Part shown: one piece after another, positions 34,800-44,822 of the stretch
Position numbering within the stretch: the stretch's first letter is position 1
Layout: each line of letters starts with the position of its first letter
Origin: Acidimicrobiia bacterium
GTDB taxonomy: Bacteria; Actinomycetota; Acidimicrobiia; Spongiisociales; UBA4744
Direction: 5' to 3'
Assembly: GCA_029863625.1 (NCBI GenBank)
Contig: JAOTUY010000005.1
Coordinates: forward strand, 1,495-65,494
Length of the DNA: 64,000 bases
Translations under genes and position numbers: made by a program
Notes under the pieces: generated by a model
The model's database searches: none
What the model was told of the DNA's origin: nothing
Seen by the model: only the letters and a program-made list of their open reading frames with translations

Positions 34800-35180
34800 G
34801 TGGAACAGCAGAAGACCCGACGGATAACCATCATCGGAACATCGCTGATAGCCGCGGGTGTGGTGATGGCGGCGGTGGGCGGCACCCTCGACGATCAGAC
34901 CGTGGCCGCGGTACTTCCGGCGATCGGAGCAGCCCTCGTGGCCGCCGGCCTGGCCGCGATCCTGATCATCCTGGTGACCGGCACGCCACGATCCGCGTTG
35001 ATGGGAGCGGCACTGATCGCCGCCGGAACCGTGACGGCAGTCATCGGTGGCCTCAGCACGGACCCAGCGGTGCTGGCAACCTTGCCGACCATGGGAGGCG
35101 CGCTCCTGGCAGCCGGATTGATCACCACCCTGGTCGGTGTCGGCGCACCCAGTTCACAGGTTGACACCACCAGATCCTGA
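34800..35180 (+). CDS. small membrane protein with three internal Ala/Gly-rich repeats
   Basis: GTG start preceded by gaggagg. Three roughly 35-aa repeats each read IAAG-V-AVIGG-DxxVLATLPxxGxALLAAGL. It is divergent from TetR. Confidence 0.5.
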   Translation: MEQQKTRRITIIGTSLIAAGVVMAAVGGTLDDQTVAAVLPAIGAALVAAGLAAILIILVTGTPRSALMGAALIAAGTVTAVIGGLSTDPAVLATLPTMGGALLAAGLITTLVGVGAPSSQVDTTRS

Positions 35181-35848
35181 CCACCAAGGTGTCGGCCCCC
35201 CCGGGCCACCCACCCAGAGCCCACCGCCCCTGTGACGGGGGCTCCCGGCATAACCCACCAAGCCAGCGGAACCCCTCAAAGGCGACCCCGAACTCGCGTC
35301 CTCGGCAATTCTGGCTCGAAGACCTTGTGATCGCGGACAAGGACGACCTCTCCGTATTCGCCTTCCTCAGCGACGAGAGGGCTATGAGTCGAAACGATCC
35401 TTTAGAGACCTTCTGATTCCCGAAGGGAAATGGCCACAGACCTCTGGGGTGACGGATGTAGGAACGCCCCTGGCTCCTCGATGAGGAGCCACGTCGGCGC
35501 ATCTAGGTTCGTTCCGGACCTCATGACCGCCAGATCGAGCAATGATTGAAGCCCCGATCCCACTTCGCTGGGTCTAACCCGCCTTTCGTCGTGTTCCTTG
35601 GGGCTGAGCGAGAAAACGGGGGTCCGTCAGCAGCATCGTCGTGGCAACCTGTCCGCCCTCCGGCTCGGACCTCGCGCCGCAGCCCATTGTCGCCGACCCC
35701 AGCCTCGATCGAGGTACGAGAGTCATCCTCAGAGGGATGTGGGACGTCCACCAGATCCCCAGGTCGGCCCGGGACGCGACGGCGACCACCACGGCGTTTG
35801 GTTACTTCAGCTTGGTGAGCTTGACCGCGGCGAACCGTGATTCCGCCC

Positions 35849-36331
35849 TCAAGCAGAATCGGTTTCTCTGAAGAACAGCCGACCGACGGTACGACCGAGC
35901 GCTCGCATGATCGCTTGCCGGGGTTGCTCGCCGGTCTGGGTGGCGGTCTGGTGGAAGAAGTCGGCGCCCAGCCGCCAGGCGAGTATGCCGTCCGTGAGGA
36001 CCTGGTCGCCCACCACCCACACGTTTGAGTCCGAGTTGACCAAGCCGAGACGACGACGCGTGGTCCAAGGCTTGTTGCCTCGGTTGATCATGCGCTCCAC
36101 ACCGCGCGGAGGTCCGTTGGAGAGGACGATCACTCGCTCCACGGCAGGCAACGCTTCAAACCGATCGATGATTCGGTTTATCTGATCGGCGAATTCTGCC
36201 GGCGGGGCTCCTTGACGCACGAGCGTGTTGTCGGCGTCGAAGATAAGGACCAGTGGTCCCGCTGTGGTTTTAGCACGCGCTCTCACCATCGCGAGATCTT
36301 TGACCGTTGTGATTGGCGTTCTGCGGAACAT
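35849..36331 (-). CDS. HAD-superfamily phosphatase (YqeG-like)
   Basis: LVLIFDADNTL is HAD motif I, VIVLSNG is motif II, and VWVVGDQVLTDG is motif IV. The start is taken at MFRRTPI because the 120-aa N-terminal extension of the long ORF (to 36691) is Arg-rich and non-homologous. Alternative starts are 36505 and 36691. Confidence 0.6.
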   Translation of the reverse strand: MFRRTPITTVKDLAMVRARAKTTAGPLVLIFDADNTLVRQGAPPAEFADQINRIIDRFEALPAVERVIVLSNGPPRGVERMINRGNKPWTTRRRLGLVNSDSNVWVVGDQVLTDGILAWRLGADFFHQTATQTGEQPRQAIMRALGRTVGRLFFRETDSA

Positions 36332-36894
36332 GAACAAGGGAGGGTCGAAGGCCCCTGGTGATGCTAGTGGGGTGGTGAACACCAGCCGGCGCCACCCTGT
36401 GGCGGGCCGTGCCCCGGCACGTCTATCGGCCCCAATACCCCCATGGCGAACACATCCCGGCCTCTCCTTCGCAACGTGGGTAGGACTCCGTCGGTGGATC
36501 GTCATCGACTGCTGACCGTCGGTCGGTTCTTGCTCGCGGCGAAGAGGGGCGTCGGGGAGGTGGACATCACCAAGAAACCGGTGATCGACGTCAGGGCCGA
36601 GACGGCCGGTGCTCCGTCCGTCCTTCGCCCACTCGACGCCAGGCCGGGAACCGGCTCGGTTCACCTTTGAATCCTCAAGGAATCGCACCATGAAGTGGGC
36701 CTTCCTCGGGCTCCGTCGGCAAGCGAATCGCTCATTGCTCGTGTGACATCGGCGTTGACCCTACCGGGGATGCTCGGCGGGTGGATAGAGCCTCACGGCT
36801 GCAAAGGGGTGACCTCAGGGTCGGCCCGGCAAGGGCCGGAAACGTCGACGGGCACACCAGGTGGCAACGGTGCCAGCATCAGGAACAAGACGCA

Positions 36895-37752
36895 TTAGCC
36901 ACCCCCAGGGACTCCCACGTCGATACCCTGTCTGCGGCCCAGCTCCCTCAAGTCCGCCAAGGGGTAAAAACCGAGAGAGGTCACTACATCATCCGCGACC
37001 GTTTCGGCAACCGTGCCGTGCGCGTCAAACTCATACGTGATGCAGCCTCCGTCGAACACGAAATACCAGTTCCCCTCGTAGACGACCTCCGGGGCCAGCT
37101 CTTCTATCCTCTGCAGCGCCTCATTGGCCGCCAGGCCGCGAGCTCCCTCCCCTTCTGGGGTGCTCCGCATTTCGAGGGTGTCTTCGTTGACGTCGAGTTC
37201 GCTGATGATCCACACGAACTGGTTCGTGAACAGCGCGCGGTTCACTCTCGACCGCACGGCGAACGTAATGTCGGGATCGACCGTGAATAGGACCCGGCGG
37301 CCATCAACTCGGACGTCTTCGAATTCTTCGGCGAGTGTTCTTGCGTGAATCAGCGGACCTTCCGCAGATGGGATGATGGTCACTTTGATATCGGACCCGA
37401 TCGAGCGGATCAATTCGTATTTCTCTATATCGGGGTGCGGGACGGGGGTGGCATTGCCAATGTCACACTTCTCGGTGAGGGTTGCCGTGAAGAACGGCGC
37501 CATCATGTCGGCGTGCGTAATTGAGAAACTTGCCTTGCCGCTCTCGACTTCGAAATCGAGGTTGTCCCAGCCGAGCTGCAGTGAATTGATGCAGGGGGCG
37601 TACATGGCGGTTGGCACAGCCTGCAAAGAAAGAACCATTGCCGGGCTCGGATTGTTGACGATGCGCTCGCATTCGGGAATGCCCACGCCGAGTCGGCTGC
37701 AGGATCCGAAGAGTACGACGGCTGCGACCGCCAACGCGGTCCGCCTACTCAC
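36895..37752 (-). CDS. lipoprotein, hypothetical
   Basis: GTG start with ggagg six nucleotides upstream. Signal peptide with lipobox VSRRTALAVAAVVLFGSCS. The GTG overlaps the stop of the upstream kinase-like gene as GTGA. Confidence 0.55.
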   Translation of the reverse strand: MSRRTALAVAAVVLFGSCSRLGVGIPECERIVNNPSPAMVLSLQAVPTAMYAPCINSLQLGWDNLDFEVESGKASFSITHADMMAPFFTATLTEKCDIGNATPVPHPDIEKYELIRSIGSDIKVTIIPSAEGPLIHARTLAEEFEDVRVDGRRVLFTVDPDITFAVRSRVNRALFTNQFVWIISELDVNEDTLEMRSTPEGEGARGLAANEALQRIEELAPEVVYEGNWYFVFDGGCITYEFDAHGTVAETVADDVVTSLGFYPLADLRELGRRQGIDVGVPGGG

Positions 37753-39506
37753 AGGAAGCCTCCCCCTGTGAGTTGGGAGATTATGAACACAAGGAGAAAG
37801 AGGCAGGCCAGGACCGCTCCGATGGTGAGTCGAACCCGCCTTTGGCTCCACCGCTGTATCGAGATCGGTTCTGCGGGTGGGGCGAGTTCTCGGAACTCTT
37901 TGACAACGTCGATGTCTCTCTCTTTCTTGAGCAAAGCCAGCGAGCTTCGGGACTGAGACGGAAGAGTGATGCTGTGGGTGGCTGCAAAGGCTTCGGCGAT
38001 ATCCTCGGGAGCAAATTGTCGCAAGGCGCGCCTGTAGACCATGGTCGTATCCGTCCGGAGAGCCAGGATGACCATCATGTTGGCGAGGTCAACAGCCTGG
38101 CGCCACGGAGTCGGGCGAACGGTTCCGAAGGCAACGTCGATGAGCACCACCCGGCCTTCGCGGATCATCACATTGGCCGGCTTTATGTCACGATGGGCCA
38201 GGCCTGCATCCCACATCAGGCGAATGACGGACAGGGCGTCATCAATAATGCGTTCGTCGATATCGGCCTTGGTCAACTCCTCGGATCCGTCGAGAAATGC
38301 AGAGACCATCATGAACTCACGCTCGGGGGTGATCTCGACAAGGCCGAGCGGTTCGGCAGACGGGATACCCGCGTCGCGCATTACCCGCTGGATATAGTCC
38401 TCATACTCGACGAGGCGTCGAACCGAAGCGAACTTGACCTCGTCTTCGAGAGAACCGTAGAGAATGGTCCGACCCAACTTGTACCAACGGTCCGAACGCA
38501 GATGAGTCTGACTGTACAACTTGGCGAACAGGTAGCAGCACTCTTCTCCCCCCTCGCCAACCACCTCGAGCCGCATGGGCGTGGAGCCCCCCGAACCCTC
38601 TTGTCCGTAGGGCTCAATTCCTATCACCTCCACGCCCAGCTGTTCCCGGGCTGCCTTGCGAATTGCTTCGCCCCGCGCCCCCGTCACGTCCAGGTGAGCG
38701 GTTGCGCCCGGCTTCCAGGTGACGGGGAACACACTCTCGGGAGCAAAGAGCCGGAATACAACGACGGCTACCGCCGGCGCAAAGATGAGCGACACCAAGA
38801 CATCCGACGGATGGTCGACGCCGAGATACAAACGGGCGATGCCGAGCAGTAGCAGCGCAACGGCCGAGAGCCTCCAAAACACGCGGCGCCACTTTCCCTC
38901 ATGCACCAGGGTGAACGCCATGACGCTGAGGGTCACACTCAATGCCGCGATGGGAGCCGATGGATGCGACGGCCCTTTCCACGATCCGATGATGGGGACG
39001 CCCGGCCGTATCCGACCGATCGCCTGCTGCAAACCGTCGACTGTGGTTGCGACGATCAGGATCGCAATGAGCACTGCAAAGACGTGGCGCCACCTGCGCA
39101 CGAGGATCAGCGCCAGGAGCGTTCCAACGCGTAGCGATCGCACAAACCACTCGGAACCGAGCGAATGTATCGCTCGTGCGATGGAGGTCGATGCACTCGT
39201 CCGCAAGTCGACAAACCAACGGAGGATATCTGTGTCGACACGGGTCCACCAGTTGGTTGTGGCCGGCACCGCGAAGAGCGACAACCAGATCGCCACCATG
39301 ATCAGACCGGCGACCAGCCATATGCGCCCCGACGTGCGGAGCTCCCGAGGCAAGGGAGCCTTCTCGCCCGACGGGCGCCGCCGCCGACCGGCAACCCTTA
39401 CTCCGGCAACGCGAAACTCGCGGCGACGACCAACCAGGCCGAGCTCACGAACCACCCTGGTTCCCAACTCGACTTCCTCAACAGAAATGCCCCGCTCCAA
39501 GTCCAT
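37749..39506 (-). CDS. PAP2 phosphatase / protein-kinase-like fusion membrane protein
   Basis: The N-terminal half has TM helices and PAP2 motifs (GRIRP; PSHPS; ARLYLGVDHPSDV). The C-terminal half is kinase-like: a Gly-rich loop (GQEGSGGS), a Lys motif (YLFAKLY), a catalytic loop (AHRDIKPANVMI) and a DFG-like VLIDVAFG. A C-terminal TM helix follows. The start is taken at MDLERG; the ORF extends to 39707. Confidence 0.7.
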   Translation of the reverse strand: MDLERGISVEEVELGTRVVRELGLVGRRREFRVAGVRVAGRRRRPSGEKAPLPRELRTSGRIWLVAGLIMVAIWLSLFAVPATTNWWTRVDTDILRWFVDLRTSASTSIARAIHSLGSEWFVRSLRVGTLLALILVRRWRHVFAVLIAILIVATTVDGLQQAIGRIRPGVPIIGSWKGPSHPSAPIAALSVTLSVMAFTLVHEGKWRRVFWRLSAVALLLLGIARLYLGVDHPSDVLVSLIFAPAVAVVVFRLFAPESVFPVTWKPGATAHLDVTGARGEAIRKAAREQLGVEVIGIEPYGQEGSGGSTPMRLEVVGEGGEECCYLFAKLYSQTHLRSDRWYKLGRTILYGSLEDEVKFASVRRLVEYEDYIQRVMRDAGIPSAEPLGLVEITPEREFMMVSAFLDGSEELTKADIDERIIDDALSVIRLMWDAGLAHRDIKPANVMIREGRVVLIDVAFGTVRPTPWRQAVDLANMMVILALRTDTTMVYRRALRQFAPEDIAEAFAATHSITLPSQSRSSLALLKKERDIDVVKEFRELAPPAEPISIQRWSQRRVRLTIGAVLACLFLLVFIISQLTGGGFL

Positions 39507-39684
39507 GTGCCATCCCTCGCGCTCCTGGCGGGCTTGACATCCCGAAGCTGAGCCTATAGCAGTGAGTGGGTCGCCGTCTGCAATGTCCCCTTCAAAGACG
39601 GACAGTCCGCGGATGGAACTCCGATGAGCGGAACTACCTCGAGATCCGCAATGGGACGGTCGATGGTCTCCTAGCCTGTGGTGC

Positions 39685-40800
39685 ATGCGGTTGCTGCTCG
39701 TCACCAATGACTACCCACCCAAGCCGGGCGGCATCCAGCAAACCCTGGCGAACCTCGTCGACCGGTGGTCCGATCCGGTGCGGGTTCTGGCACCCAACGA
39801 TCCGGCAGCCAAGAGTGACGCCAGGGTCGTCCGCCACGAGCGGACCTTCATGCGGCCTACCCGTCAAGTCCGTCAGTGGGTTGAGGCGCACGTCGCCGAT
39901 TTCCGGCCGGAAGTGATTCTGTTCGGGGCGCCCCATCCGCTCGCCATGCTCGGGCCCGGCCTGCGCAAGCGAACCGGACGACCCTATGTAGTGATGACCC
40001 ACGGTGCCGAGGTGACCTTTCCCGCTGTCATCCCCGGGTTGCGCCAAGTCCTCGCCTGGTCGTTGGGATCGGCCGGCACTGTTTTCGCCGTCTCTCAGTT
40101 CACTGCCGGCCGGGTGGCCCGGCTCTCGGGTCGCAGCGTTGAGGTACTCGGTGCCGGCGCCGACATCGAGAGTTTCCACCCGCAGGTTCTTCCGACCGCT
40201 GAAGGGAAGTCGTCTGAGGGGGAGACGCCCACCCGCAAAGACCGAGCGACCTTCACTCTCGGCTGCGTGAGCCGCTTCGTTCCGCGCAAAGGCCTTACCC
40301 GGCTCTTGCGAGCTGCCGCTGAGTTGCAGGCCCGGGGTCACCGAGTCGAGGTGCTGATCGTCGGGTGGGGTCCACTCGAACAGCGGATGCGGGACCTGGC
40401 CACCCGGCTCGGGGTGCCCACTCGTTTCGAGGTCAACGTGCCGTGGGAGCGCCTCCCGACGCTATATCGCGAGATGGATGCCTTTGTCATGCCGGTCCGC
40501 TCACGGTGGTTTGGTCTGGAGATCGAAGGCCTCGGCCTCTGCTACTTGGAAGCGGCAGCCACTGGACTCCCGATCGTGGCCGGAACGTCAGGTGGTGCAC
40601 CCGAAACGGTCGATCCGGGGGAAACGGGCTTCGTGGCGGATTCAGTGGCTGGCATCGTCGAGGCGGTCGAGATGTGGCTTGCCGATCCGGCCACGGCTCG
40701 GGCGATGGGCGAATCGGGGCGAGAACGAATTGAGGATCATTTCACGTGGGATCTCGTGATGGACCGGTTTCGGAAGGGAATCTCGGCAGCTGTTGAATAG
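39685..40800 (+). CDS. glycosyltransferase family 4 (GT-B fold, GT1/GT4)
   Basis: MRLLLVTNDYPPKPGGIQQ is the GT4 N-terminus. The C-terminal EGLGLCYLEAAATGLPIVAGTSGGAPETV carries the E-x7-E donor-binding motif. Confidence 0.85.
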   Translation: MRLLLVTNDYPPKPGGIQQTLANLVDRWSDPVRVLAPNDPAAKSDARVVRHERTFMRPTRQVRQWVEAHVADFRPEVILFGAPHPLAMLGPGLRKRTGRPYVVMTHGAEVTFPAVIPGLRQVLAWSLGSAGTVFAVSQFTAGRVARLSGRSVEVLGAGADIESFHPQVLPTAEGKSSEGETPTRKDRATFTLGCVSRFVPRKGLTRLLRAAAELQARGHRVEVLIVGWGPLEQRMRDLATRLGVPTRFEVNVPWERLPTLYREMDAFVMPVRSRWFGLEIEGLGLCYLEAAATGLPIVAGTSGGAPETVDPGETGFVADSVAGIVEAVEMWLADPATARAMGESGRERIEDHFTWDLVMDRFRKGISAAVE

Positions 40801-40930
40801 CCAGGCGAATAGGCAGTGTGGGCGAACACACCCGTTCAGCCGGGCATCCGGGTCGTGGTGATAACTTCGTTGGGGAACACGAGGACAAGACGCGGTCTTG
40901 GTCAACCGCTATGTCTCGCAGACCTCCCCG

Positions 40931-41704
40931 TCACCCAGTGTTGCCCAGGTCCCGGCGCTCGAACACTATTCCCCCGGCGATGACGACCGCCGAGACCCAC
41001 AACCCTAGGACGGCGCCGCCCTGCCAAACCTCCACGTTTTCCGTGCCACCCGGCGCGAAGAGGGCCCCGCCCGCCGCAAAGGGAAGGACCTGTTTGATCC
41101 AGTCGCCGGGGATCAACGCTGCTAGGGCCGGATCCACAACGAGCGGGATGATGATGGCGAGGGTGATCGCGAGCGACTGGTTGGTCAGGATCAAACCGAG
41201 CCCAAAGCCGAACAGCGCCAAGGCCACCAGGTACAGCACTGCACCACCGGCTGCCTGGAGGAGATTGGCGGCACCGAAGTCGATGTCGAACCCCTTCTGG
41301 TCGAGCCATAATATCCCAACGATAACGTCGACGGCAACCATGAGGAGGCTCGTGACGAGGGCGACGGCGGCGAGGACGATCCCCTTGGCAGCAATTACCT
41401 CGCCGCGAATCGGAGCCGCCGAAAAACTGGGGAGCACCGTCTTCGACTTGTATTCCCCGCCCATCGCCATCACGCCGAGCACGGCTAGCAAGATTCCGGC
41501 GACGGGTGTCGAAAAGCCCAGGATCGCTCCAAGCAGGGCGTCGGTGTTGTTGAGCGCCTCCTTGGGGACATCTGGCTCGGTATCGTAGAAGCCCACAGCA
41601 AGAGCGAGCATGCCCCAGCTAAGGATGAGGGTCGAGGCCAACATGACCCAGTGGCTGCGCAGCGTCTTGAACTTGATCCATTCGGAGCGGAAGAGCTTGT
41701 TCAC
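40931..41704 (-). CDS. ABC-2 type transporter permease
   Basis: 257 aa with six TM helices, a typical ABC-2 start (FRSEWIKFKTLRSHWV), and an ATGA overlap with the upstream ATPase gene. Confidence 0.75.
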   Translation of the reverse strand: MNKLFRSEWIKFKTLRSHWVMLASTLILSWGMLALAVGFYDTEPDVPKEALNNTDALLGAILGFSTPVAGILLAVLGVMAMGGEYKSKTVLPSFSAAPIRGEVIAAKGIVLAAVALVTSLLMVAVDVIVGILWLDQKGFDIDFGAANLLQAAGGAVLYLVALALFGFGLGLILTNQSLAITLAIIIPLVVDPALAALIPGDWIKQVLPFAAGGALFAPGGTENVEVWQGGAVLGLWVSAVVIAGGIVFERRDLGNTG

Positions 41705-42645
41705 GGGGCTACCTCCCCGCTCGGCGCGGCATTCTCCCCGGGCGTCCCGCCGGTCCGGTACTCTCGTTCATCCGCGGTGAGCTCGAGGAATGCGTCCTCC
41801 AACGAGGTGGTCTTTTCGCGCAACCCATGCAGGGGAATGCCGAGCAACGCCGCCAGGTCGCCAATCGCTGCGGCCGAGGTGTCCGACACCCGCAACTCGC
41901 CATCCTCAGCGAGCACAGTCGCACCCCGGTTCTCGAGCTCAACCTTCAGCTCGTCCGGCCGGGGAGTGCGTACGAGGATGGCTGTCTGACTCTCGGCCAT
42001 GAACTCGTCGACGGACGTCATGGCCATGAGACGGCCCTTACCGATCACGATCAGGTAATCGACGAACAGGGAGAGCTCGGCGAGCAGATGGCTTGACACG
42101 AACACGGCCCGCCCCTCGTTCGCCAGGCCCCGCAGGTATTTGCGAATCCAGCGCATGCCTTCCGGGTCCAGGCCGTTGGCCGGTTCGTCGAGCATCATGT
42201 AGATCGGGTCGCCGAGCAGCGCGGAGGCGAGGCCGAGCCGCTGCCGCATACCGAGTGAAAATGCCCCGACGGTCTTGTTGGCGGCCGGCGTGATGCCGGT
42301 TACCTCCATCACCTCGTCGACGCGGGAGTCGGGCACCCGGGAGCAGGCGGCCAGCATGCGCAGGTGGTTGCGAGCTGTGCGCTTCGGGTGGACCGCCTGG
42401 GCTTCGAGGAGAGTGCCGACCGCTCGGGCCGGGTATTGAATATCGCGGAAGCGCTGCCCGTCGACGGTCACCCGGCCGGCGTCGGGCCGATCGAGGTCGA
42501 GCATGAGACGCATCGTGGTCGACTTCCCTGCCCCATTCGGGCCGAGGAACCCCGTTACCTTTCCCGGGACCACCTCGAAACTCAAGTCATCTACGACGGT
42601 CTTCGGTCCATACGCCTTCGTCAGGCCGTCAACCACGATGGCCAT
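41701..42645 (-). CDS. ABC transporter ATP-binding protein
   Basis: Walker A GPNGAGKST, signature region, Walker B MLDEPANGLD. The start is at MAIVVDGL, preceded by aagagggaggaagaa. The upstream GTG of the longer ORF lacks an RBS. Confidence 0.85.
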   Translation of the reverse strand: MAIVVDGLTKAYGPKTVVDDLSFEVVPGKVTGFLGPNGAGKSTTMRLMLDLDRPDAGRVTVDGQRFRDIQYPARAVGTLLEAQAVHPKRTARNHLRMLAACSRVPDSRVDEVMEVTGITPAANKTVGAFSLGMRQRLGLASALLGDPIYMMLDEPANGLDPEGMRWIRKYLRGLANEGRAVFVSSHLLAELSLFVDYLIVIGKGRLMAMTSVDEFMAESQTAILVRTPRPDELKVELENRGATVLAEDGELRVSDTSAAAIGDLAALLGIPLHGLREKTTSLEDAFLELTADEREYRTGGTPGENAAPSGEVAP

Positions 42646-42994
42646 TTCTTCCTCCCTCTTTGGTGACACCCAACTTCAGACTTCCTGCCAACCGATCCAC
42701 ATGCACTTGTACGCCGCACCAGCGGCCTAGCGCTAGAGGCAAAGGACCTTTACCAGGCGCGGTTCAACCGCACAGAACGACACCCGCCGGGGCCGGTTGG
42801 AAACTCGCGGCCGCCGCTCCGAAGCGGCAGGGAGGATGTGGGGGTGCGCTGATCGTGGTGGATGGCTGTCACCCTCGCACACCCGCCGTCGACGACCTCA
42901 ATCGGGAGCCTTAGGGTCGCCACACCACCCGGACGGCTGGACGGCCGTAAGAGGTCAGGCCGGCACGATTGGCCTCGGTTAGGCTGACCACACG

Positions 42995-43294
42995 ATGCTG
43001 CATCGCCATCCACATCCCGGCGCAAAGGCGGTTGCTGACTTCCTCAACGAACGTCACCACACCGGGCTCACCGACGAAGATGTAGCCGAGGCGCTGCAGT
43101 CGTTGGGATTGAACCTGGTTGCAGCCGATGAGACCCGTTCGGCCACCGTGGCGGACTCCAACATCACCGACAGTAACTTGGTGTGCCTCGATGGTCCTGA
43201 AGGATGCACCGGGGACGTGACCACCGTCACGGGCTCTCGACACTTCCGCTGCGAGCAACACTGGAGCACCTTCCTCGAATCTGAGGGGATGTAG
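42995..43294 (+). CDS. small hypothetical Cys-containing protein
   Basis: 99-aa ORF with largely G/C third positions inside an otherwise gene-poor gap of about 900 bp. It contains C-x5-C-x20-C. No RBS is evident. Confidence 0.3.
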   Translation: MLHRHPHPGAKAVADFLNERHHTGLTDEDVAEALQSLGLNLVAADETRSATVADSNITDSNLVCLDGPEGCTGDVTTVTGSRHFRCEQHWSTFLESEGM

Positions 43295-43563
43295 AGGCAT
43301 AACGGCTTCCCAATGAGGGGTTTCCGACGTCGACGCCGCGGCGGATTGGCTTCACGCGCAAGTATCCAACACCCGAGGCCCGGCCCAACGACTTGACCAC
43401 CCGATAGGGGGCGCAAGGCCCAATCAATAGCACCGAACGACACGGACATCTGATCTCGAAATGGGACATTGGGCCCTGGCGTACTTGAACTCCATCCCGC
43501 ACCATTGCGAATAACCGCGCCAAACGCGGGCACACTGATTGCGTTCGTTCAGGAGGGGTTTCA

Positions 43564-44595
43564 GTGAGAAGCAGAGCCTTTGGTCCGACCGCGTTAACGC
43601 TTGGAATTCTGTTGCTCGCAGCAGGATTGGTGATGTTGTTCTTGATCATTCCAGGCATAGCCCAGTTCCCGGACGACGTTGACTCGACCCGCGCCTATGA
43701 GGGTGAATTGAGTGTGATGCTCAACGCCGATGCGCTGGCGACGATGGAGCTGGCCAACATCTTCATCCGCGACGTTCCGGTGACCATCGACCGCCATGTC
43801 CAGACACTCGAAGTCGACGGCGAAAAAGCGCTGGTAAGCGACGTGGCCGTAATGTCCGGCCCGGCCGGTCCACTGCAACAAGCCGAGGACATCTACTCGA
43901 TCGACCGCAAGACCATGGAGAGCATCACCAACTTCACCGACGATGCCAGGGTGACCGACCGGCAAGGGCTGGTGGTGGGATTCCCGATCGGTACAGAGAA
44001 GGCGGACTACACCGGTTGGAACGGCGACACGCTCGAGACCAACACGCTCACGTTTGTACGGGAGGAAGAACACGAGGGTCTGAATACCTACGTGTTCACC
44101 GCGGCCTCCGGCCCCGACCTGATCAAAGACCCGATTCTTCTATCGGCCTTCCCGGCCGGATTGCCCAAAGCCGCCATCGAAGGCCTGATCCCGGCCCTCG
44201 GTTTGCCGGCAGAGGCCATCGCCCAGCTCGGGCAGGTACTCCCGCTCCTCCCGGATCCCATCCCGCTGGCATACACCTACAGGTACGAAACCATGTACTG
44301 GGTAGAGCCCGATACGGGTGTCCTGATCGACTACGACAAGCTGGAGTCACGCTCGGTCGCAATCAGCCTCGGCGACCAGCCGGTGCCGATCGCCGAAGTG
44401 ATGCACGTCGAGTATGTGCAGTCCCCTTCATCCGTGGCCGAGGCGGTAGCCGATGCTGAAGACGCCCAGGGCCAGCTCTTCTGGCTCGGGATGGTCTTGC
44501 CCTATGGGTTGATTGCGGTCGGAGCGGTCATCGGCTTGCTCGGAGTTGTCGCCTTCACACGCAAGCCGGCTGAGGAGAGTCCTCCAAGGACCTAG
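43564..44595 (+). CDS. DUF3068-like envelope protein (TM helices at both ends)
   Basis: GTG start after aggagggg. N-terminal helix TLGILLLAAGLVMLFLII and C-terminal helix GMVLPYGLIAVGAVIGLLGVVAF around a roughly 280-aa extracytoplasmic domain. The size and topology are typical of the actinobacterial DUF3068/PorA-like family. Confidence 0.6.
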   Translation: MRSRAFGPTALTLGILLLAAGLVMLFLIIPGIAQFPDDVDSTRAYEGELSVMLNADALATMELANIFIRDVPVTIDRHVQTLEVDGEKALVSDVAVMSGPAGPLQQAEDIYSIDRKTMESITNFTDDARVTDRQGLVVGFPIGTEKADYTGWNGDTLETNTLTFVREEEHEGLNTYVFTAASGPDLIKDPILLSAFPAGLPKAAIEGLIPALGLPAEAIAQLGQVLPLLPDPIPLAYTYRYETMYWVEPDTGVLIDYDKLESRSVAISLGDQPVPIAEVMHVEYVQSPSSVAEAVADAEDAQGQLFWLGMVLPYGLIAVGAVIGLLGVVAFTRKPAEESPPRT

Positions 44596-44822
44596 GCGGA
44601 CAACGACGAACTGGGCTATCCAGCCAATAGTTGGTCTGGCCGGCGAAGGGAGTCGTTTAGTCGCCCGCGCCGATGAGGACGGTGGCGCGGACCAGTGTCG
44701 AGGATCGGCCGGATCGAAGCGGCCACTTCTGCGACCCCGGCCGCCCTGTACCCGTTTCATTCCCAAGCCCACCGGTCGAATCGCGTTCGGAAGCGTATGA
44801 TCTTCCCGGAGAAGGAGGTCAG

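Noticed and set aside
37773-38852. 359-aa plus-strand ORF
   Set aside because: Antisense to the PAP2/kinase-like gene, which has clear catalytic motifs in its own frame.
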